This document shows, one piece after another, positions 27,242-38,139 of a DNA stretch of 64,000 nucleotides. A model generated the notes under the pieces. The model ran no database searches. It was not told the origin of the DNA and saw only the letters and a program-made list of their open reading frames with translations. Position 1 is the stretch's first letter; every line of letters begins with the position of its first letter. This DNA is from Candidatus Latescibacterota bacterium (lineage in GTDB: Bacteria > Latescibacterota > UBA2968 > GCA-2709665), in NCBI GenBank assembly GCA_965237675.1, contig OZ250150.1, positions 2,432,001 to 2,496,000 of the forward strand. The letters run 5' to 3'. A program made the position numbers and the translations under genes.

Positions 27242-27270
27242 ACGATAGGCCAATTCCGACGGGTTGTCAA
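27242..27270 (-). promoter_or_regulatory. Sigma70-type promoter
   Basis: Minus strand TTGACA-N17-TATCGT. Confidence 0.55.
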
Positions 27271-27342
27271 CTTTTTTGCGGGCTCATGTCGCGATCCACT
27301 CCAGACGGTCGCGGGGATGAGACAGGTGAAGCGGGTGTCTCT

Positions 27343-28464
27343 TCATGGTGATCCATTTTTCCAGGGGTCCGGCCGGCGGAGGGGTTGCCGCCTGAAGCAG
27401 GCCCGGAGTTGGGAGGTGTCAGGATCGGCGCTGAGGGGGGTTGCGAGGATTCGGCGGAGTTGCTCCAGGCGGGCTACCGGATTGCGCCACGCGTTTAGCA
27501 ACGGGTGATTGGGATCCCGAAGGGCATCGAGGAGAGACCGGGCGGCGAGGAGGTGGAAGACGAAGTGGTGGCCGTCCAGCCGCGCCGCGATCTCGACCGC
27601 GGTTTCGGCGCGGTATTCAGACGCCAGGCTGGCATAGTGCGTGGCGAGCGCGGGCGTAAGCGCGCTGCGAAACCGGCCATCCGGCCGGCCGGCCCCGTTC
27701 GCGGTGGTGTACTGAGTAAGCCGGCGTTCGGGCCAGTCCCAGCCGATCTTGGAGAATTCAATAAACCGGAGGGTCCGGTCGGCGGGATTAATGACGATAT
27801 TGCGGGCGTGATAGTCGGTAGGGCCGGGCAGCGGGGCGGCGCGGCCGAGGTCTCCGAGAAGGTCGGAGAGCGCCTTTCGGATTCGCGCTATACGGTCGGC
27901 GCCCACGGGCCCTGAAAGTCGCTCCGCAAGGCGCGGCACGTCCCGGAGCAGGGGCTGGGTGGCCCGGCGCCAGGACCGGACCAGATCCGGCCGGTGGCAG
28001 CCGGGAAAGGTTCGCGGGGCAAAGACGCCGGTGTCGGCGTGAAAGCGGGATTGGATTCGACAGAAGGCGTCAACGGCCGGGCGGCCGTAATCGCTCGCGC
28101 CGCCATCCTGGCAGATATCGTCTAGCGTCTGGTCGCCGCACCATTCGAAAAAAATAAGGTCGAGGTCGGTATCGACAGCATAGAGCCGGGGGACGGGTGC
28201 CCCGCAAAGGCGCGCGTGGGCAAGTTGCTCGACATCCAGCAAATCGTGCGCTTTGCCTCGCGCAAGGGGTGCGAAGACGTGTTGTTTGGCGATGAGGTGA
28301 AACGCGTTCCGGAGGGTGATTTTCCAGACGTTCGGATGTCCGGGAATGGAATGGATATGTGTCACCGCGAAATCACCTGGAACGACGGTGGGTGCGATGC
28401 GGCGTATGGCCTCGACCAACGGATCGGTGGGATCAACACGCCTGGGATGAGAATGACGGCTCAT
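27343..28464 (-). CDS. Aminoglycoside phosphotransferase/kinase-like protein
   Basis: IAKQ, PVPRLY, PTDYHARNIV (variant of HxDxxxxN), FIEF (variant of DF); ATGA overlap with the upstream gene. Confidence 0.7.
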   Translation of the reverse strand: MSRHSHPRRVDPTDPLVEAIRRIAPTVVPGDFAVTHIHSIPGHPNVWKITLRNAFHLIAKQHVFAPLARGKAHDLLDVEQLAHARLCGAPVPRLYAVDTDLDLIFFEWCGDQTLDDICQDGGASDYGRPAVDAFCRIQSRFHADTGVFAPRTFPGCHRPDLVRSWRRATQPLLRDVPRLAERLSGPVGADRIARIRKALSDLLGDLGRAAPLPGPTDYHARNIVINPADRTLRFIEFSKIGWDWPERRLTQYTTANGAGRPDGRFRSALTPALATHYASLASEYRAETAVEIAARLDGHHFVFHLLAARSLLDALRDPNHPLLNAWRNPVARLEQLRRILATPLSADPDTSQLRACFRRQPLRRPDPWKNGSP

Positions 28465-29732
28465 TTCCGATGCAGCGCCCGTTTTCGCAGGGAAAGGAAT
28501 TCCGGGGCTTCCCGCACACACGAGACGAGGATGCCGAGCGAACGCCGGAAGGCCTTGAACCCCGCACGCCGGATTTCGGGGGCTTCTTCTCCGACGTTTG
28601 TGAACCCGTCTTCGGAGGGGGTGAGGGCCTCCCAATTTCCGAAGAGACGGCCCCAATCGCTTTTCAGAACTTCCTGCATGCGTTTTTTTGCGACAAACGG
28701 ATACCAGAAGCTGTCGTGGTAGATCACGCTGGCCAGGTAGGACCACGGCGCCAGAAAGGTTTTGAGCGACCATTCGACGGGTTTCTTGAGGGGGCCCCAG
28801 TAGATCTTGTGCTGCATCCGCGAGGCGAAGGTCATTTTCCGGTAGGGGCCTGCAAATTGCCAGTTTTCTTCGGCAGCATCCGTATCGCCCACTATCTGAA
28901 TCCGGCGCGGGTCCCCGCAACCCAGGCCGCGGTCGTGCGCGAGCCGGATGTATTTGATTGACAGTGGATCGATCCCCATCATTTTGGCGGCGACCGCATC
29001 GATGGCAACCTGATCTGAACTGGCCAGGATGACGTTTTTGGCGTACGGAATCATGCATCGGGGTCCGGGCCCGTCTCCTGCAAACGTGCCGTCCATCACG
29101 GCGAATACGCCGGGATGGATTTTCCTCTGGATCATCAACAGGTCCACCAGGGTCTCGTGGATGACCGGATGTGTCCAGTGGCGCCGCTCGTTGAGGAGGC
29201 CGCCGAAGGCGTTTTTCATGGCCCCGGTTGTGGTAGTAAATACGTGGGTCTTTACGGTGGGCAGGTGGACGATGTTCTCCCCGATCAGGCGCTTGGGAAT
29301 GTGAAAGCCTCCGGGGTAGACCTCGTTCAGGCACAGGAACTCGTCGGTGAGATTGCCCACCGCATCCCGGATGTGGATCCATTCCTCGCCTTCGTAAAGG
29401 TGGATATTGCGCAGGCCGTGGGCATCCACGACGTGGATCTGTTTGTTCTCCCGCTCGCCCAGACGGGCGTCAATCACGACTGTTCGGTTGTGGCATGCAT
29501 GCATCAAGTCTTTGTGATAGCCGTCTTTTGCCATGGCGCGGATCACACCTTCGAGTTGCCATGGCGTCGTGGAACTGCCCGGGTAAAAGAAATGCCAGGA
29601 AATATTGACCTTCAGGGCGGTATCGAGCTTCTTGTCCAGGACGTCCTGGTACCCCGCCAGGTTCATGAGCCTGTGATAATCTCTCAGGACGGTTTCAGGT
29701 CTGGTTTTTAAAACCGCAACCCGGCTCTGCAT
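28461..29732 (-). CDS. DUF362 domain protein
   Basis: LKVNISWH, STTPWQLEG, HLPTVKTH..T..TGAMKNAFG, DGT.AGDGPGP, DQVAIDA. Confidence 0.85.
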   Translation of the reverse strand: MQSRVAVLKTRPETVLRDYHRLMNLAGYQDVLDKKLDTALKVNISWHFFYPGSSTTPWQLEGVIRAMAKDGYHKDLMHACHNRTVVIDARLGERENKQIHVVDAHGLRNIHLYEGEEWIHIRDAVGNLTDEFLCLNEVYPGGFHIPKRLIGENIVHLPTVKTHVFTTTTGAMKNAFGGLLNERRHWTHPVIHETLVDLLMIQRKIHPGVFAVMDGTFAGDGPGPRCMIPYAKNVILASSDQVAIDAVAAKMMGIDPLSIKYIRLAHDRGLGCGDPRRIQIVGDTDAAEENWQFAGPYRKMTFASRMQHKIYWGPLKKPVEWSLKTFLAPWSYLASVIYHDSFWYPFVAKKRMQEVLKSDWGRLFGNWEALTPSEDGFTNVGEEAPEIRRAGFKAFRRSLGILVSCVREAPEFLSLRKRALHRK

Positions 29733-29793
29733 AACGAGTGCTTTCGAGCGGTGGCGATGAGGGGTGAGACCGGTAACGGTCGAACGGTCCCGT

Positions 29794-30663
29794 TTATTTG
29801 AAATAAAGCAGGGCAAAAACGGCAAGAAACCAGAGGCCGCCGTTGATCAGCAGCGATGAATCGCCCAGAATGGTGGAGGAAGGATTGCCGCCCTGGTTCT
29901 TCGCGTAGACCAGATAGAGGTACCGCAGAAGTCCGTAGATCACGAAGGGTATGGTAAGGTTGAGATGCGGAGTTCCGAGTTTCTGGACGACTTCGGGCGA
30001 CATGGTGTACAGCGCGTATGAGACGAGTGCGCCGGAGGTGACGACGGCGATCATCTGATCCAGGAACCGCGGCGTGTATTCATCCAGAATGCGGCGATGT
30101 CCGGCCGCTCCGGACTCCAGGAGGATCAATTCCTGACGGCGTTTGACAAACCCCATAAAAAGCGCCAGTAATACGGTGCAAAGGATAAGCCACGAGGAAA
30201 TCTCCACGTTGATGGCCAGGGCGCCGGCGATGGCTCGCAACAGGTATCCCGAAGCGATAATCATCACGTCCAGGATGACGACATGTTTCAGATATAATGA
30301 ATAGGCGACATTCATCAGCCCGTAGGCCAGCAGAATCCATCCAAAGGGGATGCTGAGCAGAAAAGCCAACGGTAGAACCGACAGGGCGATAACTACGGAC
30401 GCAATCCCCGCCGCTCCGGTGCTCAACCGACCCGCCGCAACCGGCCGGTTGCGCTTTTCGGGGTGTCGACGATCGGATTCGACATCTCGAATGTCGTTCA
30501 GAAGGTATACTGCGCTTGAAATAAGGCAGAAGAGGACGAATGCACCGCCGCTGCGTAACAGGTAACGGCCGTCGAGCAAGTGTTCTGAAAAGACGAGCGG
30601 GGCCAGCACGAACACGCTCTTTATCCACTGGTGCGGCCGCAACGATTGAATGAGTGGTCGCAT
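29794..30663 (-). CDS. UbiA-family decaprenyl-phosphate phosphoribosyltransferase-like protein
   Basis: LRPHQWIK, YLLNDIRD.ESDR.HPEKRNRP.AAG, KRRQE; multiple TM helices. Confidence 0.92.
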   Translation of the reverse strand: MRPLIQSLRPHQWIKSVFVLAPLVFSEHLLDGRYLLRSGGAFVLFCLISSAVYLLNDIRDVESDRRHPEKRNRPVAAGRLSTGAAGIASVVIALSVLPLAFLLSIPFGWILLAYGLMNVAYSLYLKHVVILDVMIIASGYLLRAIAGALAINVEISSWLILCTVLLALFMGFVKRRQELILLESGAAGHRRILDEYTPRFLDQMIAVVTSGALVSYALYTMSPEVVQKLGTPHLNLTIPFVIYGLLRYLYLVYAKNQGGNPSSTILGDSSLLINGGLWFLAVFALLYFK

Positions 30664-30746
30664 TGGGGTGAGGATTCAGCGGTCGGTGAGGTTGGATCGA
30701 AGTTCCGGCGGCGGCATCCCCGTCTTCGGCCCGCGGGCCGCCGTTG

Positions 30747-33700
30747 TCAGATTGTCAACCCGAAGTAGATGCGGCTTCTGTCGATGTCGACGCCCTGAAT
30801 CCGTTCGCGGGTGGGGAAGGCCATCTGGAAATAGCCGTACAGGGGGAGTCTGTAGTTGGCGAACATCTGCATCCGGATTTCGAACCCCCAGTCGCTGAGA
30901 AAGGCGGAACGATTGAACCGGTCGTCGGAATCCAGCAAGACGCGCAGGCTCTCAAAATTGCCGGTGGCGCCGGTTTCCACGAAGAGGACACCGTAGATTT
31001 TATCGAAATGGAAGGGCGGCAGTTCTTTCGCCGCATTCTTGAGAATCGGAAAGGTCAGGCTGGCCCGGGCGAGCATGGCTTTGCCACCGGAACTCGAGAA
31101 ATAAGGATAGCCTCTGAGGGTGCCAATGCCTCCCAGATAGTACCGCAGAGGATAGTAGAATACGCCTTCGGCGGACGTGGTGTTCGCCTGAACGTCCTTG
31201 ATGGGCCTGTCCTTATAGGCGAGGAATGCCTGCAGGGCGAGCGTGGCTCGGCCGGGTAGGCCGATAAATTCGTTCCAGGACACGATATATTCGTTGATAC
31301 CCAGTTGGGCCTGATCAGACCGGTAAGTCGGGGCGGCCACGCCGTCCGGATTCAACTGGGTCTGAAAGAGCGAGTCGGTTACGGTGGCGTTGATGCGCCG
31401 GTATCTCAAGGTGATTGCCCTGCCCCGGGACGGGTTGACGAACGAATCCTTTGCGGGCAGGAAGTTGATGTACCGCCAGCCCGCGGTAAGGTCGTTGCTC
31501 TTGAAAAAACCGAGATCCCGGTAGAGGAAGTCGTCGAAGACAACCTCATCTTCGCCCAGGCCGGGAATCTGGTCGGTTATGTCGGTTATCTCGCCGTTCC
31601 TGTTCTGAACGAGCCGCGTGCTGTCCAGTATGACCTGTTTGATGTAGGTGCTTTCCTGGTACCGGCGATGTCCGTAGGACAGGGAGAGCACCTGTCGCCG
31701 TCCCACGCTCGTCTCGACGCCGACCACGAAATCTTTAAACAGGTTCTTGTACCTGTCTTCCTCTGTGAGCGAGAGGTTGGTGAAACTGGTGACCCCCGGC
31801 ACCAACCGGAGTGTGTCGTCGATCACGATCTGCAACGTGCCCGAGGTGGTGTCCCGGCGGGAGTTCACGATTCCCCGATCGATCAGGCTGTTGATGGTCT
31901 GTTGGCTGGCGCCGATGTAAATCCTCGGGGCGTATGTCCGGTCTTCGGTGTGAACGGCGGGCAGGCCTTTTGTATAGAACGCGGAAAATTTGGAGTTGAG
32001 ATCCACGCCTTTCTTCAGGTTTTTGCCGACGGTGAAGCCGGCGTAGATATTGTCGCTTCCCATGAGGTCTCCCCATGTGGCTTCGGCGCCCGCGCTGAGC
32101 TGATCGAGGCCGAACCGATTGCCGATAAAGGTCGGTCCGAGCACGACAATGGGCACGACGCCGATGGAGGCCAGACGAGGGGCGTACCGGCCGGTATTGA
32201 ACAGGTCGCCGATTTTTTTGCCTTTGTATATGCTGCTATAGTCCCGCGCCAGGGAATCGGCCGGCGCAGCCGCCACGGCGTCGGACTTGCGGATGCGGTA
32301 GATGTTGAAATTTGCGGCGCGGTACCCGGAATACAGGATTTCGTCGCCACGGGGTGAAACCGAGGGCGAGAAGGCGCCGCCGATGACATTCGTGAGTTGC
32401 TCCTGCCTGCCGGTAGCGAGGTCGAACGCGTAGACATTGAAGATTCCGGTCCGGTCGGACGCGAACAGGATACCGCCGCCGCCGGGAAGCCATACCGGGT
32501 CCCGTTCATCGGCGGTGGTGTTGATGATCACCTCGAAGCCAGCGTTGTTGGCGAAGGCCAGGCTGTCGGGGAAGGCGACCATGCTGTCTCGCCGGGCGGC
32601 TTCCGACAGGGCGAGGCTGTCGGCCTCCGCCTGGGCGCTGTCGACCTCGGTTTCGGCCTTCTTCCGGGCAGCGATGCGCTCTGCCAACACGACTTTTTCG
32701 GTCTTCTTCTTATCGGTTTTCTTGGGGCGTGGCGTGGCGTCCGCATTGATGACGGCAATGTCCCGGTCTTCCCCGCGGAAGATGCTGAAAAGGAGTCTGC
32801 TGCCGTCTTCCGACCACCGGGGCGTGTAATATTGCGTGCCGTTGTTGTTGTTGGTCAGATAGCGAACCTCTGTACCGTCGATGTTCAGGACACCCAGGTT
32901 GGAGGTCCCGTCCCGATTGCCCACGAAGGCGATCTTTGTGCCGTCGGGAGACACCGCGGGGTCTCTTCCTCTCAGGCCGACGGTGAGGCGCCGTTCCTTT
33001 CGCGCGATGAGATCGTAGACAAAGATGTCCCAGTTTCCACTTACGGATTTGCTATATACCAGGCTGTTTCCGTCGGGTGTCCAGGAGAAGGGCAGGTTGA
33101 CGTATTTCCCGTATTTCCGGCTTCTGGCCACCTTTGTCATTCTCCGCGTGGTCAGATCCATCACCAGTATTTCCATGAACGCGTAGTCGCTGCCCTCGTT
33201 GCTGATGAAGGCCATTTTCGTGCCGTCGGGTGAATACGTGGGGAAATGTTCCACGTCGCCCCGGTCGGAAAGCAGTTCGCCCTCCCGCTCTCCCGAAGCT
33301 CGGATGGAATCGGCCAGGGCGCCATATTTGCGATCGAGATGCTCGGTCCATTCGTCGTACAGCCTGGAAGCGGAAATCCCCGTGCTTTTCTTGACGGCGG
33401 ACTTGAAGTTGATAATGGGCCGTTCACGGGACATGGCGCGCACCGAGTCCGGACCGTAGGTTTCCGCCAGATAGTTCAGGAAGGCATAGCCCTGGTTGTA
33501 GACCTGTTCCGACTTGAAGCCGTCTTTGCCGAACACGCCCATGTCCGTATAGGAAAGCAGGTCGTTTTCGAGCGTGGCCATCCGCAGGAGCATATCCCTG
33601 TGGGTATCCCAGCGGTCGTCTCCGTGCTTTCTGGCTTCAAACTGAGCGATGCCTTCGGTGAACCAGTTCGGCATCGCGGAGTGGTAAAGCGGCAGAAAGA

Positions 33701-34313
33701 AGCCGAAGTCCGGATTCCGGTTGGAACGGCTGCTGCCGATCAGGCCGAATGCAAAGGGCATGCTGTTGTGCGAGGACTTGAGGGTAATGTGGTGGGTAAG
33801 CTCGTGCGTGAAGACGTCGCGTACCCAATCGTGGGTGCCTCGCGAGTCCCAGTTCAGCGGCGAGGCCCCGAACGTGATGACATTGCCCAGATAGAAGGAG
33901 GATGCGTTACCCAGAATATCTATATCGGAAACGAGCACGTGAATCGGGGCATACCGTTCTATGGAGCCCGGGTAGTGGCTGGATATTCTCTCGAAGATGT
34001 CGTCCGCAATCTCCGCAATGCGACGGGCCGTATTCTCGGCTTCGGCGTAATAGATGGCGAAGTACCTGGTGCGGATTGCGCGGGCGCCGGGCACGCGAAG
34101 GCCGAGCAGGGCGGGAAAGAAATGCTGCTCGTGTCTATCCCAGGTGTAGTCGGGCATGGTGCGGTTCAACGGCACGTCGGCAATGTCCACCGTTGGGCCG
34201 TTCTTGAACCTTCTGGGAATTTGCTGGGCGTCGGAAGGGAAGGGAAGGGCAGACCAGAGGATGACCAGGATCGCACTTGGAAGGAGGATGGACAGGTTCG
34301 CTGATCGGCTCAC
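30747..34313 (-). CDS. Secreted fusion: zincin (clan MA) peptidase, TolB/PD40 beta-propeller, C-terminal Omp85/BamA-like barrel
   Basis: GTG start after GGAGA, signal peptide; HELTH...WFTEG; SPDG repeats; YYLGG..TLRGY barrel loop motif; ends IYFGLTI. Confidence 0.78.
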   Translation of the reverse strand: MSRSANLSILLPSAILVILWSALPFPSDAQQIPRRFKNGPTVDIADVPLNRTMPDYTWDRHEQHFFPALLGLRVPGARAIRTRYFAIYYAEAENTARRIAEIADDIFERISSHYPGSIERYAPIHVLVSDIDILGNASSFYLGNVITFGASPLNWDSRGTHDWVRDVFTHELTHHITLKSSHNSMPFAFGLIGSSRSNRNPDFGFFLPLYHSAMPNWFTEGIAQFEARKHGDDRWDTHRDMLLRMATLENDLLSYTDMGVFGKDGFKSEQVYNQGYAFLNYLAETYGPDSVRAMSRERPIINFKSAVKKSTGISASRLYDEWTEHLDRKYGALADSIRASGEREGELLSDRGDVEHFPTYSPDGTKMAFISNEGSDYAFMEILVMDLTTRRMTKVARSRKYGKYVNLPFSWTPDGNSLVYSKSVSGNWDIFVYDLIARKERRLTVGLRGRDPAVSPDGTKIAFVGNRDGTSNLGVLNIDGTEVRYLTNNNNGTQYYTPRWSEDGSRLLFSIFRGEDRDIAVINADATPRPKKTDKKKTEKVVLAERIAARKKAETEVDSAQAEADSLALSEAARRDSMVAFPDSLAFANNAGFEVIINTTADERDPVWLPGGGGILFASDRTGIFNVYAFDLATGRQEQLTNVIGGAFSPSVSPRGDEILYSGYRAANFNIYRIRKSDAVAAAPADSLARDYSSIYKGKKIGDLFNTGRYAPRLASIGVVPIVVLGPTFIGNRFGLDQLSAGAEATWGDLMGSDNIYAGFTVGKNLKKGVDLNSKFSAFYTKGLPAVHTEDRTYAPRIYIGASQQTINSLIDRGIVNSRRDTTSGTLQIVIDDTLRLVPGVTSFTNLSLTEEDRYKNLFKDFVVGVETSVGRRQVLSLSYGHRRYQESTYIKQVILDSTRLVQNRNGEITDITDQIPGLGEDEVVFDDFLYRDLGFFKSNDLTAGWRYINFLPAKDSFVNPSRGRAITLRYRRINATVTDSLFQTQLNPDGVAAPTYRSDQAQLGINEYIVSWNEFIGLPGRATLALQAFLAYKDRPIKDVQANTTSAEGVFYYPLRYYLGGIGTLRGYPYFSSSGGKAMLARASLTFPILKNAAKELPPFHFDKIYGVLFVETGATGNFESLRVLLDSDDRFNRSAFLSDWGFEIRMQMFANYRLPLYGYFQMAFPTRERIQGVDIDRSRIYFGLTI

Positions 34314-34409
34314 AGTTGCTTCTCCCGGACTTCGGTGGTTGGATTGGATGATGCGCCTGGGCGCCGGTCGACGACCTCGTCTGGCGTACGCCGGTCTCAG
34401 TTCGGGTAT

Positions 34410-34438
34410 ATAATATACAAATAGACGTCCAAAGACAA
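34410..34438 (-). promoter_or_regulatory. Possible sigma70 promoter for the peptidase-Omp85 gene
   Basis: Minus strand TTGTCT-N17-TATTAT in an AT-rich patch. Confidence 0.45.
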
Positions 34439-34453
34439 CGAAAGGTTCCAAAA

Positions 34454-35443
34454 TCAGGCCGTGGGGAGGTGCTGCCGGGTCCGCAGAATACAGGCGACGC
34501 TGTGGTTTCCGCCGATTTCAAGCAGTTCCGGCACGATCCTTGTGCATGCGTCTTCACGCTCGGGGCAACGGGGATGGAAGGGACATCCTTGAGGCACATT
34601 GGAAGGGCTCGGCACGTCGCCGGTGAGTACGGTGCGTTGCTTTTTGACGCGCGGGTCCGGCTCGGGGACGGCCGAAAGCAGGGCGCGGGTATACGGATGT
34701 TCCGGTTCGTTGCAGAGGGTGCGGCTGTCTGCGATCTCCACGATACGCCCCAGGTACATCACGGCGATGCGGTTGGAGATATGTCTGACAACGCTCAGGT
34801 CGTGCGCGACAAAAAGGTAGGTGAGGCCGAACCGGGCCTGGAGATCCTGGAGAAGATTGATGATCTGCGCCTGTATCGAAACATCCAGCGCGGAAACGGG
34901 TTCGTCCGCAACGATGAATTCGGGATTCACGGCCAGGGCCCGAGAAATGCCGATTCGCTGGCGCTGGCCCCCGCTGAATTCGTGGGGATAGCGGCGGGCG
35001 TGGTCGGGACGGAGGCCCACCGTATCGAGGAGTTCGGTCACCCGTTCCCGCGTGTCGCTTCCATCGGTGAGTCTGTGGATTTTCAGCGCTTCGGCCAGCA
35101 TCCCGCCCACGGTCATTCGGGGGTTGAGCGAACTGTACGGATCCTGGAAGATGATCTGCATGCGGCGCCGTACGGCGCGAAGTTCCGAGCGGTTGAGGCC
35201 GAAAACGTCGATGCCGTTGAAGACCACACGGCCCGCGGTGGCCTCGATGAGCCGGAGGATCGCTCTTCCCGCGGTGGTTTTGCCGCATCCGGATTCTCCC
35301 ACGAGACCCAGGGTCTCGCCCCGGTTGACGGTGAACGAGACCCCGTCTACCGCCTTGACCTGGCCGACGGTGCGGGAGAAAAGGCCGCGCGTAATGGGGA
35401 AATGTTTTTTCAGGTCGTGGACTTCGAGCAGTGGTTTGGACAT
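34454..35443 (-). CDS. oppF: Oligopeptide/dipeptide ABC transporter ATP-binding protein (OppF/DppF)
   Basis: [37 protein letters not shown]. Confidence 0.93.
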   Translation of the reverse strand: MSKPLLEVHDLKKHFPITRGLFSRTVGQVKAVDGVSFTVNRGETLGLVGESGCGKTTAGRAILRLIEATAGRVVFNGIDVFGLNRSELRAVRRRMQIIFQDPYSSLNPRMTVGGMLAEALKIHRLTDGSDTRERVTELLDTVGLRPDHARRYPHEFSGGQRQRIGISRALAVNPEFIVADEPVSALDVSIQAQIINLLQDLQARFGLTYLFVAHDLSVVRHISNRIAVMYLGRIVEIADSRTLCNEPEHPYTRALLSAVPEPDPRVKKQRTVLTGDVPSPSNVPQGCPFHPRCPEREDACTRIVPELLEIGGNHSVACILRTRQHLPTA

Positions 35444-35444
35444 G

Positions 35445-36443
35445 TCAATCCGATCGCGTCGCGGGAGATGGGTATTCTTCGGCCATCCAGCAAGCCACGA
35501 GGCGGTTGCCGGCGGTCGGTTCCATGCGCGGCTCGTCCGTGTCACATATGTTCTCCGCCAGCGAACACCGGGGTGCGAATCGACATCCGGCGGGAAAACG
35601 AGTCGCATCGGGAACGCTGCCTGGAATGACGGATAGCCGGTTTTTCTCCTCGTTGAGTTTGGGTATCGATTCCAGCAATCCTCTTGTGTAGGGGTGCCGG
35701 GGGTCGGCGAAGATTTCATCCACCGTTCCGGTTTCAACGATTTTTCCGGCGTACATGACCGCCACGCGGTCCGCAACTTCCGCAATGACGCCAAGGTCGT
35801 GGGTAATCATCAGGACGGCCATCCCGAATTCTCTCTGAAGCCGATCCAGGAGTTCCAGAATCTGGGCCTGAATGGTCACGTCCAGCGCCGTGGTGGGCTC
35901 GTCGGCGATGAGCAACTCGGGATTGCAGGAGAGGGCCATGGCAATCATCACCCGCTGGCGCATGCCGCCGGAAAGCTGGTGAGGATACTCGTTTGCCCGC
36001 TGTGCGGGATCCGGAATTCCAACCAGATCGAGCATTTCGACCGTCTTGGCCCGTGCGGCGCCCTTGCCCAGACGCTGGTGGAGCCTGACGGCTTCGTCAA
36101 TCTGGTCCCCGCATGTGAAGACAGGGTTGAGGCTGGTCATCGGTTCCTGGAAAATCATCGCAATGTCGTTGCCTCGCACGCTCTGGACGGCGGTTTCGTC
36201 CAGACCAAGCAGATTCCGCCCGTTGAACCGGATCTGTCCCGAGACGATTTCGCCCGGTGGTTCGGGTATCAGACGCATAACGGACAGAGACGTGACGCTC
36301 TTGCCGCATCCGGACTCTCCCACCAGGCCCAGGGTTTCCCCCTTTTTCAGGGTGAAGGAAACCCCATCCACGGCTTTGGCGACGCCGCCGTCCGTATGAA
36401 AGTACGTCCTTAGATCTTCGACGGTCAAAAGAGGTTCCGACAT
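35445..36443 (-). CDS. oppD: Oligopeptide/dipeptide ABC transporter ATP-binding protein (OppD/DppD)
   Basis: [37 protein letters not shown]. Confidence 0.93.
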   Translation of the reverse strand: MSEPLLTVEDLRTYFHTDGGVAKAVDGVSFTLKKGETLGLVGESGCGKSVTSLSVMRLIPEPPGEIVSGQIRFNGRNLLGLDETAVQSVRGNDIAMIFQEPMTSLNPVFTCGDQIDEAVRLHQRLGKGAARAKTVEMLDLVGIPDPAQRANEYPHQLSGGMRQRVMIAMALSCNPELLIADEPTTALDVTIQAQILELLDRLQREFGMAVLMITHDLGVIAEVADRVAVMYAGKIVETGTVDEIFADPRHPYTRGLLESIPKLNEEKNRLSVIPGSVPDATRFPAGCRFAPRCSLAENICDTDEPRMEPTAGNRLVACWMAEEYPSPATRSD

Positions 36444-36555
36444 AAAGCCGACCCTATTTTGAAAATGCGTTCATTTCGGATGCGCCGCGCACCCGGCCGA
36501 CGCGCGGGTTCGAACGGGACACCCCCGATGTTCGATCAACCAGTCCCCTGCCGGG

Positions 36556-37299
36556 TCAGAAAAGCGGCGGATTCAGATTCAGCCAATCTTTCAGGAGAAA
36601 ATCCACGCGGCCGATGAGCAGGGAGATGCGCGCCATAACGGTATAACCGAAAGAGGCGCCGAATGAAACCATGAGGAAATAGATGCCTACCCGGGAGACG
36701 CCGCCGACGATTCCCTTATGCTCGACCGAGAAATAGAAGTAAATCAGCACACTCAACACGCCGATCAGGATGATGGCCGGGTTCAGCACAGCCCAGCCGA
36801 AGTCCGCCGATGCCTGCGAAAACGGACGGATTGTGGGTCCGATCTGCTCGATGATGAAGGAGGCGACGCGCCGGGGGATGGCCAGGCCGGCGCCGAGACC
36901 CACGTAAAAGGCAAAGGAGATGCGGCTGAGCCAGACGGCCCTGCCGAAAAGTCGGGTCATCAGGAAGAGACCCAGGCCGGCCGGAACGATCACCCACCAT
37001 CTGACGCCCGTGCCCGGCACTGGACGAAAGAGGGGGTTGATGACGTCCAACAGGATGCTCTGATACCAGACCACGGCGAGTTCGTAGGCGGCAACAACGC
37101 CGACGTAGAGATGCTCGGCCAGTTTGAAGAGAGAATTGTCTCTGTACAGGAAGCTGTAAAGAGCGAGCGTGACGCCTGCGGCGAGGATAATCCCGAAACC
37201 CGACCAGCTTGCCTCCAGGTCGCCAGCAGCCAGCAGATACCCATTTGCGGCGGCAAAAAGCAGAATGAAGATCGGAAAGACGATGTGATCCCTGTCCAT
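36556..37299 (-). CDS. Conserved hypothetical integral membrane protein of the glmL-like cluster
   Basis: About 7 TM helices; YSFLYRDN.LFKLAEHLYVG and FLMVSFGASFGYTVMARISLLIGR. Confidence 0.85.
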   Translation of the reverse strand: MDRDHIVFPIFILLFAAANGYLLAAGDLEASWSGFGIILAAGVTLALYSFLYRDNSLFKLAEHLYVGVVAAYELAVVWYQSILLDVINPLFRPVPGTGVRWWVIVPAGLGLFLMTRLFGRAVWLSRISFAFYVGLGAGLAIPRRVASFIIEQIGPTIRPFSQASADFGWAVLNPAIILIGVLSVLIYFYFSVEHKGIVGGVSRVGIYFLMVSFGASFGYTVMARISLLIGRVDFLLKDWLNLNPPLF

Positions 37300-37311
37300 G
37301 CCGGTGTCCTT

Positions 37312-38139
37312 TTACGTACGCGAGGCGCCGCGGTGCAGAAAGAAGACGACGTTGCCGAGCAGAATAAATCCGATGATGACTATGTGGGCGACGGACTGGG
37401 GGCGCATGCCGCTGACCGCCAGTCCTCTCTTACCCACCAGGGCTTCGTATTCGGCGGCTCCTGCGAGCCCGCCGATGAGGCCGTTGAGCTGCCGGGACTG
37501 GAGGAAGGGAAAGAAATCCGGCGCCATCACGGCGGTACACCCGGCTCCAAGGGCGAACCGGTATCGTTCTTGCCCGTACGCGATCCATTCGTCGACACCC
37601 GGAAACCCGGCGGCCAGGTCGATCACGTAATCGAAATCCTTCAGCGAGCGAAGATTTCGCGCAATGGGCATCTCCAGGGTGGAAACGCCCCGGATGTCTT
37701 CGGGAAACGTGCCGTGCAGATCCTGGCCCATGTTCAGGATGAGGATCGGACCGCCGGCCTTGAACCCCAGAAACGCATAGTCCGTACCGTTAACCCGGCC
37801 GTATTCCGCCGCCGCCGTCTCAAAAGCCTGCATCGCCAGCCCCACGGCTTCGGTGATGAGGGTCACGCCCACCACACGGATGTTTCGGCTGAAGCAGTGT
37901 CGCAGAATGGCCAGGGCCATGGGCTGGAGTTCGGGCTGGGAGCTGGGTCCATAGTCGAAGGAGATCAGCATGACAGCATCCGGCTTTTCGGCCAGGCTTT
38001 CCACGGTGTCGTAGACGGCGCGTACGTTGGGCGTGGGCTTTATTGGCAGTTCGAAGTCGATGAGCAGAGGGATACATACGGCCAGGAAGACGGCCACGTA
38101 GACGATGCGACGGTCGATATTCAGGAGGCGCTCGATCAT
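37312..38139 (-). CDS. DUF6754-like membrane protein (TM - alpha/beta domain - TM)
   Basis: ATG 38139 overlaps the upstream TGA (ATGA) with a GGAG RBS; DYGP..QPEL.PM, GL.GAAEYE, QS.AH. Confidence 0.8.
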   Translation of the reverse strand: MIERLLNIDRRIVYVAVFLAVCIPLLIDFELPIKPTPNVRAVYDTVESLAEKPDAVMLISFDYGPSSQPELQPMALAILRHCFSRNIRVVGVTLITEAVGLAMQAFETAAAEYGRVNGTDYAFLGFKAGGPILILNMGQDLHGTFPEDIRGVSTLEMPIARNLRSLKDFDYVIDLAAGFPGVDEWIAYGQERYRFALGAGCTAVMAPDFFPFLQSRQLNGLIGGLAGAAEYEALVGKRGLAVSGMRPQSVAHIVIIGFILLGNVVFFLHRGASRT

